Source: Methanocellales archaeon (lineage in GTDB: Archaea > Halobacteriota > JAWCLZ01). From it: DNA of 17,805 bases. The stretch lies in assembly GCA_038850285.1 (NCBI GenBank), contig JAWCMA010000007.1:30890-48694 (forward strand), given 5' to 3'. Both the position numbers and the translations under genes were made by a program. Below the pieces are notes generated by a model. It did not search any database, had not been told where the DNA came from, and saw only the letters and a program-made list of their open reading frames with translations. This document shows positions 7,244 to 16,103 of the stretch, one piece after another (position 1 is the stretch's first letter; the number at the start of each line of letters is the position of its first letter).

Positions 7244-8056
7244 ATGTTCAAATATATATTCTACTTCCTCCTAGGAAATGCATTGATCGCAAGCATTACT
7301 ATAATAGCTGAAAGAAACTCCCCGAGAGTAGCTGGGATTTTAATGACGCTGCCAACCATTACATTCCTCTCACTTTTATTAATAGCTATAGAGCAAGGTG
7401 TTGAATTTGCAAGCAGCGCTGCAATGTGGAATCCCATAGGCTTGGTGGCAGATGTCATATTCCTAGGCATATTTGCACTTGGCACTCGAATTTCACGCTC
7501 GCTGGTAATTTCACTATTCCTCGCATTCACCAGCTACTTCACCAGTATCTTGCTATTAAGATCTCTTCCAATAGCAAATGGATTTCAAGCTTTAGCCCTC
7601 CTCTGGCTCAGCTGTGCAGCTGCCTATATCTCATTTCGCAAATTAAATGCTAGAAAATTCCAGCAGTTGCGAGCAAGCTGGAAACAGATTTTATTCAGAG
7701 GCAGCTTCGGGGGAATTGTTATCACAAGCATTATCCTTTTAAGCGATATAGCAAGTGCTAAATGGAGCGGTATTTTCTCAGCCTTCCCAGGCACAATAAC
7801 ACCTGTACTCATAGTGCTATACCTTAGCTATGGTAGAGAAATGACGGATAGCGTAATTCGCGATTCACCACTGGGCTTAATTGGCACTGGGCTTTATGCT
7901 TTTACCATCTGGCTTCTATACCCAAGGGAGAATTTACCTTTACCCTCAAGCACATTTATTGCCTTTTTAATATTAATTGCTTACCTCCTAGTTATTTCCC
8001 TCCTTCGCTATTACTTTGAACAGCAGCCATTTAACCATGGTCATAGCAAATTATGA
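7244..8056 (+). CDS. Integral membrane protein with an internal duplication, DUF3147-like
   Basis: About 8 hydrophobic segments; two similar halves (IAERNSPRVAGILMTLP and LSDIASAKWSGIFSAFP), each followed by a helix ending in EQG/SYG. Confidence 0.7.
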   Translation: MFKYIFYFLLGNALIASITIIAERNSPRVAGILMTLPTITFLSLLLIAIEQGVEFASSAAMWNPIGLVADVIFLGIFALGTRISRSLVISLFLAFTSYFTSILLLRSLPIANGFQALALLWLSCAAAYISFRKLNARKFQQLRASWKQILFRGSFGGIVITSIILLSDIASAKWSGIFSAFPGTITPVLIVLYLSYGREMTDSVIRDSPLGLIGTGLYAFTIWLLYPRENLPLPSSTFIAFLILIAYLLVISLLRYYFEQQPFNHGHSKL

Positions 8057-8072
8057 AGCGAAGGAGAATGCA

Positions 8073-9419
8073 ATGAAGCCAATGCTGCACGCAAGCAGCG
8101 CGGTGTCAGAGGTAGTGGGCTATGTATTAATGCTTGCTTTAATCACAATAACTGCCTCAATCGTACTAGTAATTGGAATGCCGAATATAACTAATTCCCA
8201 GCAGAGAGTAAACCTGCAAAATGTGGAGCAAGCATTCACCGTGCTTGATTCAAAATTGAGCACTTGTGCTCTTGGAGAGTCACCCTCGCGGGTAATGGAT
8301 TTGGATTTAGCCGGGGGAAGGATCTCAATTTTAAATGACACTAGCTACAGCCGCTTAACAATTAAAATGAGGAAAAGCGGTGGGGAATATATGATATACA
8401 ATAATACCATTGGAACCATAAGATATGAACTTGGAGATGAAGAAGTGGGATATGAAGGAGGGGGAGTTTGGCATAGATGTGCTCATGGTGGAAGCCTGCT
8501 TATTAGCCCGCCTGAATTCCACTACAACGGTGAAACACTAACCCTCCCTATTGTAAAGCTAAATGGCAGCTCAGCTATAGCAAGTGGAAAAGTAACCCTG
8601 CAAGCAAACTCTCAAAATAAACCAACTGTTTTTTATCAAAATACTACAATAAACCCCCTCTTCCGAAACCCAGTGTATGATAGTACAATCATAGTTAAAA
8701 TAAAAAGCAGATATTACGATGCTTGGGCTAGATATTTTGAAGAGCGCACTGAGTTTCACGGCGTGGTGAAGCACGATAATCTAAGTGAAGCAGTGGCCTA
8801 TTTAAATTCAAGGCCCTCGGAGCAATCGGATTTCTACATACCTTTCGATATATTAGGCTGCAATATTACCAATACAACTCCAGTTATGAGCTTTAAATTT
8901 GAACTTGTTAACTCAACTTCAAACTTAGAATTGAATTTAATAGCTACGAAGGAAAGTGGTGAAACACTTGAAATCGATATACAGAAGAGCGGTGGAGATG
9001 GCACTAGAGGAGGCACTGTTGTTATAAGATATTCCAATGGCTCAAAATCCGAGGAATGGAAATCCCCCACTGGCAGTGATGTGATTCCAATGATAATAAG
9101 TGGCAATGCTACCGTTGACCTCATGAATGCTTCAACCAATGTGAGCTATATCAGCAGCGATCACTCTTGGACTTGGACTAGTGACCCCCTCTATCCCAAT
9201 ACTTATAAAAACTCAGGGCCAGATGGGCCACTTCCAATTGCAGCTGTGATTCAGCATTACTATCGCCTCATGGGTCCAACCTTTACTTGGGACTATGGAG
9301 CGAAAAATCAAGGATTCACTCCAGAGGGCTCAAAGATATATCATCTATATGACACCATGCCCCCTAGGATTACCTTTCTGCATATAGTGGAGCATAAAGT
9401 TGAGGTAAAGCTAACTTAG
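8073..9419 (+). CDS. Archaeal cell-surface protein with a type IV pilin-like (class III) signal peptide, DUF7289-like
   Basis: Start re-assigned to ATG 8073 (SD AGGAG at 8062-8066). SSA|VSEVVGYVLMLALII hydrophobic N-terminus; EQAFTVLDSK, GTIRY....VGYEGGGVW, SPPEFHY.GETLTLP and YYDAW..YF blocks; many N-x-S/T sequons. Confidence 0.78.
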   Translation: MKPMLHASSAVSEVVGYVLMLALITITASIVLVIGMPNITNSQQRVNLQNVEQAFTVLDSKLSTCALGESPSRVMDLDLAGGRISILNDTSYSRLTIKMRKSGGEYMIYNNTIGTIRYELGDEEVGYEGGGVWHRCAHGGSLLISPPEFHYNGETLTLPIVKLNGSSAIASGKVTLQANSQNKPTVFYQNTTINPLFRNPVYDSTIIVKIKSRYYDAWARYFEERTEFHGVVKHDNLSEAVAYLNSRPSEQSDFYIPFDILGCNITNTTPVMSFKFELVNSTSNLELNLIATKESGETLEIDIQKSGGDGTRGGTVVIRYSNGSKSEEWKSPTGSDVIPMIISGNATVDLMNASTNVSYISSDHSWTWTSDPLYPNTYKNSGPDGPLPIAAVIQHYYRLMGPTFTWDYGAKNQGFTPEGSKIYHLYDTMPPRITFLHIVEHKVEVKLT

Positions 9420-9455
9420 CAAAAGAATAAAGCCATTTACGCTAATTTAAGAGCT

Positions 9456-10151
9456 ATGCTTGATAGAGCACTGCGTCCATTTGTTTACATAAATGCTGCA
9501 ATGAGCGCAGATGGCAAGATCTCCACTGCCGAGAGAAAGCAGATTAGGATTTCTTCCAGAGAAGACCTTGACCGCGTGGATGAACTCCGCGGTAACATGG
9601 ATGCAATAATGATTGGAATCGGCACTGTGCTAGCGGATAATCCAAGTTTAACTGTGAAATCAAAGATGAGAAGGGAGAGGAGAATAAAGCAAGGTAGAGA
9701 AGAAAACCCAGTTAGGGTAATCGTGGATAGCGCTGCTCGAACCCCTGTTGAAGCTGAAGTGCTTAAAAAAGGGGAAGGGAAAAGAATAATCGCGGTTTCA
9801 AAAATTGCACCCAAAGCAAAAGTGGAGAGGCTAAGTAAAGCTGCAGAGATAATCACCGCTGGCGATAAAGAAGTGGATCTCCAAGAGCTCTTGATGGAAT
9901 TGAAAAAACGAGGTATAGATAAACTCATGGTTGAGGGAGGTGGAACTTTAAACTGGAGTTTGATCTCCCTAGGACTGGTAGATGAAATCTATGTATACAT
10001 CGCTGGGCTCATAATAGGTGGAAAAACTGCGCCTACATTAGTCGATGGCATGGGTTTTTTAAAACTCGAGGATATGCCCAAGCTGGAATTAATTGAATGT
10101 AAGCCAATGAATAATGGTGTGTTTTTAAAATGGAGGGTGCTTAATACTTAA
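9456..10151 (+). CDS. arfC: 2,5-diamino-6-(ribosylamino)-4(3H)-pyrimidinone 5'-phosphate reductase (archaeal RibD C-terminal / Rib7 type)
   Basis: RPFVYINAAMSADGKI, DAIMIGIGTVLADNPSLTV, NPVRVIVDS..RTP, LMVEGGGTLNWSL, IIGGKTAPTLVDG; no deaminase domain. Confidence 0.93.
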   Translation: MLDRALRPFVYINAAMSADGKISTAERKQIRISSREDLDRVDELRGNMDAIMIGIGTVLADNPSLTVKSKMRRERRIKQGREENPVRVIVDSAARTPVEAEVLKKGEGKRIIAVSKIAPKAKVERLSKAAEIITAGDKEVDLQELLMELKKRGIDKLMVEGGGTLNWSLISLGLVDEIYVYIAGLIIGGKTAPTLVDGMGFLKLEDMPKLELIECKPMNNGVFLKWRVLNT

Positions 10152-10192
10152 AAAATTAAAAAATTAAAAAATTAAAAAATTAAAAAATTAAA
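10148..10192. repeat. Tandem repeat (TTAAAAAA)x5 plus TTAAA at the convergent arfC/thiI junction; probable oligo-T terminator for the minus-strand operon
   Basis: Units start at 10148, 10156, 10164, 10172 and 10180, with a partial unit at 10188. The minus strand carries five T6 runs. Confidence 0.9.
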
Positions 10193-11352
10193 GCATTCTC
10201 CAGAGAGGCTTTGACCAAGCTAGGTATGTCAATTTGCCTCTCAACTTCTAATGCATCTTCAAGTTTAGCATGCGTCACGGGATAAATTGGAACAGCGCTG
10301 CAGCTGGCTGTTTTTTGAATCGAGAACTCAAAAGTGCCAATTTTCCTTGCTAGATCAGCTACTTGCATTTTATCAAATCCAATCAAAGGATGGTACACAG
10401 GAAAATCTAGGCCGTGGTTCTCTACATATAAATTCGAAGCCGTTTGAGAAGCCACCTGTCCAAGTGAGGAACCAGTTACTATACCAAGTGCTCTCTCTCT
10501 AAGGGCTATTTCCTTTGCAATGCGATACATCATTCTTTTGCAGAGCACGCAAGTTAGCTTTGCAGCTTTGGCTTTAAATATAGCTAGGTTTTTACCGTGA
10601 GGCACTTCATATGTTTTCAATTCGTGCCCGGGAGACCATTGTTTTAATTTAGCGATGCAAGCTAAAGCCCGTTGCTTCGTGGTTTCATCTGTAAATGGAG
10701 AGTTGTTGAAGTAGATAGCGATTAATTCGCAGCCCCGCTTCATCATGAGCCAAGCGGCAACTGGTGAATCTATACCCCCTGAGATCAGCGCTGCCATTTT
10801 TTCCTGAGTACCAAGTGGAAGCCCGCCTGCGCCTTGATAGATTTCAGTGAAAACATAAGCATTGTTTTGCCTCGCTTCAATGAATATCTCATGCTTTGGA
10901 TTGCTTAGATTTACCTTCACATTTCTATGCTTTAATCTAGTTAGAATAGCATCCCCTGTTTTAATTGCTATTTCCCGACTGGAGTAACTATGCATTCCAG
11001 CTCTGCGTGCTCGAATCCCAAAGGTCTCTCCATCTTGAATTAATTCAGCCGCGACATCACTAGCGATTCTAGCGATTGATTCAAGCTCAGGCTCTATTAC
11101 CACAGCTGGGCTGCTTGATGTTACCCCAAAAACCATTGAAGTAGCTTTAGCAATCTCGCGTGTATTGTCAAGCTCAGTGGATATAAGAATTCTCCCCCAT
11201 TCTCTTTTGATATCAATATATGAAATTCCTTGAAATTCAAGCATTGCCTTTATATTCTCAATTAAAATGCGCTCATATCTACTCCTAGTTCTCTCGCTCT
11301 TAATTCCAATCTCACCATATCTAACGAGCACTGCTTTATATTCAACTGCCAT
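10180..11352 (-). CDS. thiI: tRNA 4-thiouridine (U8) sulfurtransferase ThiI/TtuI, no rhodanese domain
   Basis: VRYGEIGIKS N-terminus, THUMP domain, GGLPLGTQ, PP-loop LISGGIDSPVA, CVLCKR, G.SLGQVASQT, PLIGFDK. Confidence 0.96.
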   Translation of the reverse strand: MAVEYKAVLVRYGEIGIKSERTRSRYERILIENIKAMLEFQGISYIDIKREWGRILISTELDNTREIAKATSMVFGVTSSSPAVVIEPELESIARIASDVAAELIQDGETFGIRARRAGMHSYSSREIAIKTGDAILTRLKHRNVKVNLSNPKHEIFIEARQNNAYVFTEIYQGAGGLPLGTQEKMAALISGGIDSPVAAWLMMKRGCELIAIYFNNSPFTDETTKQRALACIAKLKQWSPGHELKTYEVPHGKNLAIFKAKAAKLTCVLCKRMMYRIAKEIALRERALGIVTGSSLGQVASQTASNLYVENHGLDFPVYHPLIGFDKMQVADLARKIGTFEFSIQKTASCSAVPIYPVTHAKLEDALEVERQIDIPSLVKASLENALIF

Positions 11353-11360
11353 TTATAAAT

Positions 11361-12671
11361 TCATCCTATTACTCTGAGCCCTTCAATCTTAACAGTGGGA
11401 GTAATTATATGTCCCACCTTCCTCGCATCTTTTCCCGCGCCTGAGATTTGCTTCAAAGCTTCATAGATATTTCCACTTATCATAGCGGATTTAACGGGCT
11501 TGGTTATCTCTCCTTTTTCCACCATAAAAGCATTTCTAGCTTCAACTGAGAAATCACCTGAGATTGGATTGGAAGTATGGCCTCCTATGATTGAATTAAC
11601 AATAAATCCAAAATCAGTTTCAGCAATAACCTCGCTCTCAGGAATTTCAACTAATATATTTCTAATGCCCACGGCTGGTACGCTTGCATATGAGCCTCGA
11701 GTTCCATTGCCCGTGCTCTTAACCTCTGCTCTTCCAGCTGTATATGAGTCATATAGAAATCCCTTCAGCACGCCTCTCTCCACAATAATTGTTCTCTGGG
11801 AAGGTGTGCCTTCATCATCGCTCCTAGCTGTGCCTATTCCTCCCTCTAGCAGGCCATCGTCAATTAAATTGAATTTCTCACTTGCTATGCTTGCATCAAT
11901 TTTATCCTTCAATAGCGATCGTCCTTTTTGCACATTATCTGCGAAAATCGAGGGTAGAAATACATTGCCGAGGAGATCTGCAAAAGCCACTGGTTTAAAT
12001 AAAACAGCTATATTACCTGTTTCTATGTTGGTTCCATTGAGTGAATTCAATGCAAGCTGGGAAGCATTTTTTCCAATTGCTGGGAAGTCAAGGTTTAAGC
12101 TTCGCGAAATATCGAATTCAAAGCCAGTGGAAGTAGTTTGATTTCTAGCAATAGCTTCAATGGATGCTTGAATAAAGGTTGAGTTCTCTTTAACCTCAAG
12201 TTTATTTGAATTCAATATCAACTGCGAGCTATAGCCGCCTATCAATCTAGCGGAAGTTGGCATTGCTTTCTCAATCTTCGCGCTTTCAACCATTTGAAGG
12301 GTATATTCTATGCAGTTATCCAGTTGGAGTTGAGCAATTTTACTGTCAAAAGTGCCTCTTACTGCAGGATATTTAGCTCGCGAAGGTAGACTTCTCCAGT
12401 TTGGATCTACTTTCCTAGCTTTAGCGCATTTAACCGCACTTTCAACTGCTTCTTCCACTTTAGAGAGATCGTTTGTGCTTGAAAAGCCAACTGCGCCTTT
12501 AAAAACAGCTCTAATTCCAATGCCCTGCATATAGCTCTCTCTAGCGGATTCAATTTCATCCTTCAATGTCTCAACTGTAACAATTTTACCATAAGAATGG
12601 AAAATCTCCACTTCTTCAGCGCCTAGCTTGAGGCCTAATTTGATTGCATTTTTCCCAATGCGCTCAATCAA
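11361..12671 (-). CDS. pmbA: TldD/PmbA family protein, PmbA (TldE)-like non-catalytic subunit
   Basis: GIGIRA..GAVGFS, DDEGTPSQRT.IVERGVLKGFLYD, STGNG.R, GGHTSNPISGDFS, PVKSAMISGN; no HExxxH motif. Confidence 0.88.
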   Translation of the reverse strand: MIERIGKNAIKLGLKLGAEEVEIFHSYGKIVTVETLKDEIESARESYMQGIGIRAVFKGAVGFSSTNDLSKVEEAVESAVKCAKARKVDPNWRSLPSRAKYPAVRGTFDSKIAQLQLDNCIEYTLQMVESAKIEKAMPTSARLIGGYSSQLILNSNKLEVKENSTFIQASIEAIARNQTTSTGFEFDISRSLNLDFPAIGKNASQLALNSLNGTNIETGNIAVLFKPVAFADLLGNVFLPSIFADNVQKGRSLLKDKIDASIASEKFNLIDDGLLEGGIGTARSDDEGTPSQRTIIVERGVLKGFLYDSYTAGRAEVKSTGNGTRGSYASVPAVGIRNILVEIPESEVIAETDFGFIVNSIIGGHTSNPISGDFSVEARNAFMVEKGEITKPVKSAMISGNIYEALKQISGAGKDARKVGHIITPTVKIEGLRVIG

Positions 12672-13999
12672 GCACTTCCCCCCACTAGGGCATTTGAAAT
12701 CAATATATGTGGAGCTCCATCTCCAACTGGAACTGCTTGTCCCCCTTTACCGCATCTAGCGGCATTAAATTTCAAATCTCTGCCCACTGCAATTACATTC
12801 TGCAAAATCTCAAGCGTGCTTGCTGAGAGTGAAACATCACGCAGAGGCATTTTCAACTCGCCTTTTTCAATTATATATCCCCTTTCAGCATTGAATTGAA
12901 ATATCCCCACGCCTGGATCCACTTGGCCCCCTCGAGAGCCCATTAGATATATTCCATTCTTCATTTCTTCTAAGAGTTCTTCAAAGGTATAATCGCCCTT
13001 TTCTATGAAGGTATTGCTCATTCTAACAATGGGCTTTGCATATCCCTGTGCTCTGGCATTGCCCGGTCTCCCTCCCATTTTAGCTGCAGTCTCTCTGGAA
13101 TGTAGATAGGATTTTAAAATTCCCTTTTCAATAATCACCGTTCTTCTCCCCTTTATTCCCTCATCATCAAATGGATAGCATCCAAATCCATCTATAGTGG
13201 GATCGTCATACACCGTTATTAATTCAGAACCAATCTTTGTGCCAATTTTGCCCTCCAATATGGAGCTGCCCTCGAGCACAGCATCTGCTTCTGCAGCGTG
13301 GCCTAGAGCTTCGTGTATGAATACCCCTGCAAGTTCTTGATCAAGAAGCACTGGAAAGCGCCCACCTTTTGGAGTTTTTGCCTTAATGAGCTCTCGAGCG
13401 CAGTTTGCCGCCTCGCTTGCAATAGCTAGCGGGTCTTCTTCCATTATTTCATATCCACATATGCCGAATTTACGCCTTCTAGCAAGCTGCATAACTTCGC
13501 CCTCCTTGGCAACTGCAGTTACACTGAAACCAATGCGCATTAACCCATATTCTCCCTCCACTCCCTCGGAACTTTCATATTTAACGCGTGAATAGGACTC
13601 AGAGTAGGCCACTAAGGTGCTCACCACTTGATCTAGCATTGCCGCTCTCTCGATGTCCTTCAAAAGAGAAAGTTTTTCTTCAATTGCAATTGAACTCGGG
13701 TGCTTTTTGATTTTCATTTGCGGTATTTTATCGATTTTATGCGCTGGAGCTAAGGATATCCTAGGCCTGGGTTTTTGCTTATTTATATGCAGTGCTATTT
13801 TCTTCGCTGCCTCTAAAGCTTCTTTTAGCTTGCTCAAGTCATCTGTGGTCGTGAATCCCCAGCTGCCTCCTGCTAGCACGCGAATTGCTGCACCTTGGGA
13901 AAATTTAGTGGAGCATTCTTCAATTTCACCAGTGTCTAAAACAATATTGGTATTTTGAGACTCTATAATTCTCACATCGTAAAAATCAACCAATCTCAT
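12668..13999 (-). CDS. tldD: TldD metalloprotease
   Basis: GVFIHEALGHAAEAD (HExxxH), FDDEG, GNARAQ....P.VRMSNT, CGKGGQ.VPVGDGAPH. Confidence 0.93.
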   Translation of the reverse strand: MRLVDFYDVRIIESQNTNIVLDTGEIEECSTKFSQGAAIRVLAGGSWGFTTTDDLSKLKEALEAAKKIALHINKQKPRPRISLAPAHKIDKIPQMKIKKHPSSIAIEEKLSLLKDIERAAMLDQVVSTLVAYSESYSRVKYESSEGVEGEYGLMRIGFSVTAVAKEGEVMQLARRRKFGICGYEIMEEDPLAIASEAANCARELIKAKTPKGGRFPVLLDQELAGVFIHEALGHAAEADAVLEGSSILEGKIGTKIGSELITVYDDPTIDGFGCYPFDDEGIKGRRTVIIEKGILKSYLHSRETAAKMGGRPGNARAQGYAKPIVRMSNTFIEKGDYTFEELLEEMKNGIYLMGSRGGQVDPGVGIFQFNAERGYIIEKGELKMPLRDVSLSASTLEILQNVIAVGRDLKFNAARCGKGGQAVPVGDGAPHILISNALVGGSA

Positions 14000-14002
14000 T
14001 CC

Positions 14003-15928
14003 TCATTGAGGCACTGGTTTATCGGCAATCGTAGCCAAGGTAGATGTAGCATCGACTGCGATCTTTTTGATCTTCTCTAAGAAACTGCTTTGTTTCTTGC
14101 CATATAAACTGATCTCAAGCACCTCGCTCAAGGTGGAAACAGGCACTATTTTGATCTTATCTCTATAGCGATCCTCTATGAGTACATCACCCTCATTGGC
14201 CTTTGGGATTATAACAGTTTTAAGCCCAGCTTGAGCAGCGGCTTCAATCTTATAGGTAACGCCTCCAACCGGTAAAACCTCCCCTCGCACTGAAAGCGAT
14301 CCCGTCATCGCCACGCTTTGATCGACGGGAATATTTTCAAGCGCGGAAATCACAGCAGTGGCAACTGAAATGCTTGCACTATCTCCCTCTACCCCTTCAT
14401 AAGTGCCTATGAATTGGATATGCACATCTTTATCTGAGATATCCTGTCCTGAGAACTTTTTAATTAAAGCTGAAACATTCTGCACCGCTTCCTTGGCAAT
14501 GGATTGCAGCCGGCCAGTGGCTATCACGTGACCCTCTTCCTTGGAAGCTGAAGGGGTTACCTCTGCTACAATTGGTAGAACTATGCCTGAGTCGCCGCCT
14601 ACCACTGCGAGTCCATTCACTCTGCCTATTTCATACCCTGAGTTTTTGAAGAATTGATAGTCCCTCCGCCGCTCAAGATATTGATCTGCAACTTGCTGCT
14701 CCACTGATCGCGCGATCTTCTTGGCTTCAAGCACGTGGCGAGCAGTTGTAACAGGAGCCCCCTCTGCTTTAGCTATATCCCCTGCGACTCTAACAAGCCC
14801 GCCTAAGTCGCGCCACTTCAGCGTTAAATGACCTTTTCTCCCAGCTCGCCTTCTTGACTCGCGCACTATTTCTTTAACTGCGGAGGCATCGAAGTGGGGA
14901 ATTTTCTTATCCCTTTCAACCTCTTGAGCCACGAATCTAATGATCTTCCTTCGATTTTCAGGTGTATCTTCAAAGCTATCCCGCATGTAAACTTCATAGC
15001 CATAGCCTTTTATTCGCGATCGAAGTGCTGGATGCATACCTCTAACTGCATCTAAATTGCCGGCTGCGACCATGATAAATGCACATGGCACTGGATCGGT
15101 TTTGACCATAGCCCCGCTGCTGCGCTCGCTCTGGCCAGTGATGGAATACTCTCCCTCTTGCAGCGCAGTAAGCAAACTCTGCTGGGACTCGATTTTTAGG
15201 GTGTTAATTTCATCGATGAAGAGTACGCCTTTATGTGCTTTATGTATCGCTCCAGCTTCAACTCGCTCGTGCGCAGGTGTCTCAAGTCCGCCACTTTGGA
15301 ATGGGTCATGTCGAACATCGCCAAGTAAAGCTCCTGCGTGCGCACCTGTGGCATCTACATATGGAGCTGTGATTTTCCCCTCGTTAGAAACAAGCAGTTT
15401 AGGTATGTAGAGCTCTTCCTTTGGAGTTATATATCGAAGAGCCATAAATAGCAATGCAGCTGCAATGATACCCATGACAAACTCCCCGCGCATGAAAGAA
15501 TAGCCCACTATTATTAGCACCAAGATAAGATAGACTGTATTCCTGAACTGAGATTTCTTCTGAGCCTCTAGCTTATGTGCATTCACAATTTGCTTGCCCT
15601 TTCCAGCTGGAACCACTCTGATCTTTGGATTATTGGGATCCTCTGGATTGTGATAAACCAATACGTCTTGCAGCTCTTCCTTGGGGAGAAGCTCAGCCAT
15701 TGCCTTAGCTAGCATCGATTTACCTGTCCCTGGGCTGCCTATCATCATTACGTGGCGCCTTTGCTGAGCTGCCTTTTTAATAACCTCAACCGCGTGCTCT
15801 TGACCAATTACTTGATCTATTAATAACTGCGGCACCGCGATTTCCTTAGTTGTTTCGAATTCCAGCCCGCCTAGTAGATCATCTTCCTCTTCAATGTGCA
15901 CCTGCGTGGGAGGGTTTGACTCACTCAA
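14003..15928 (-). CDS. lonB: Archaeal membrane-anchored ATP-dependent protease LonB
   Basis: Walker A GSPGTGKS, two TM helices inserted in the ATPase domain, GDVRHDPFQSGGL, Walker B LFIDE, catalytic EGDSAS and YKIEAA (Ser-Lys dyad); TTG start; no intein. Confidence 0.97.
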   Translation of the reverse strand: MSESNPPTQVHIEEEDDLLGGLEFETTKEIAVPQLLIDQVIGQEHAVEVIKKAAQQRRHVMMIGSPGTGKSMLAKAMAELLPKEELQDVLVYHNPEDPNNPKIRVVPAGKGKQIVNAHKLEAQKKSQFRNTVYLILVLIIVGYSFMRGEFVMGIIAAALLFMALRYITPKEELYIPKLLVSNEGKITAPYVDATGAHAGALLGDVRHDPFQSGGLETPAHERVEAGAIHKAHKGVLFIDEINTLKIESQQSLLTALQEGEYSITGQSERSSGAMVKTDPVPCAFIMVAAGNLDAVRGMHPALRSRIKGYGYEVYMRDSFEDTPENRRKIIRFVAQEVERDKKIPHFDASAVKEIVRESRRRAGRKGHLTLKWRDLGGLVRVAGDIAKAEGAPVTTARHVLEAKKIARSVEQQVADQYLERRRDYQFFKNSGYEIGRVNGLAVVGGDSGIVLPIVAEVTPSASKEEGHVIATGRLQSIAKEAVQNVSALIKKFSGQDISDKDVHIQFIGTYEGVEGDSASISVATAVISALENIPVDQSVAMTGSLSVRGEVLPVGGVTYKIEAAAQAGLKTVIIPKANEGDVLIEDRYRDKIKIVPVSTLSEVLEISLYGKKQSSFLEKIKKIAVDATSTLATIADKPVPQ

Positions 15929-15977
15929 TTTATCTCACATCCCGCTTAAAGTTTTTAGCAAAACTATTCTTTTGCTC

Positions 15978-15986
15978 TATATAAAA
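15978..15986 (-). promoter_or_regulatory. TATA box (TTTTATATA) for the lonB operon
   Basis: About 50 bp upstream of the lonB start, with purine-rich sequence upstream on the minus strand. Confidence 0.55.
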
Positions 15987-16103
15987 TCGCATTTCTCTGC
16001 CTAAATATTTTCTGTATTTGGTGTCTCAGGGATTTGTTATTTGATACTTGTTTGTTATCTCTGCTAGCGTTAGGTTTAAGTTAACTTGATTTGAATAAAA
16101 AGC

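Noticed and set aside
8016-8072. Apparent 41-bp overlap between the membrane protein and the surface protein
   Set aside because: ATG 8073 has a good AGGAG SD and gives a short pilin-type leader, which removes the overlap.
10148-10192. CRISPR array or mobile-element end
   Set aside because: Units are 8 bp and contiguous with no spacers; no cas or transposase genes are present.
11500-12141. 213-aa plus-strand ORF and the other short alternative ORFs (e.g. 1082-1342, 3347-3751, 9485-9928, 13653-13958, 15057-15410, 16076-16318)
   Set aside because: They lie antisense to or within well-supported genes, have Ser/Ile/Pro-rich shadow composition and show no recognisable motifs.
14003-15928. Intein in LonB, a known archaeal intein host
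   Set aside because: At 641 aa the motifs are contiguous, with no splice-junction or endonuclease insert.
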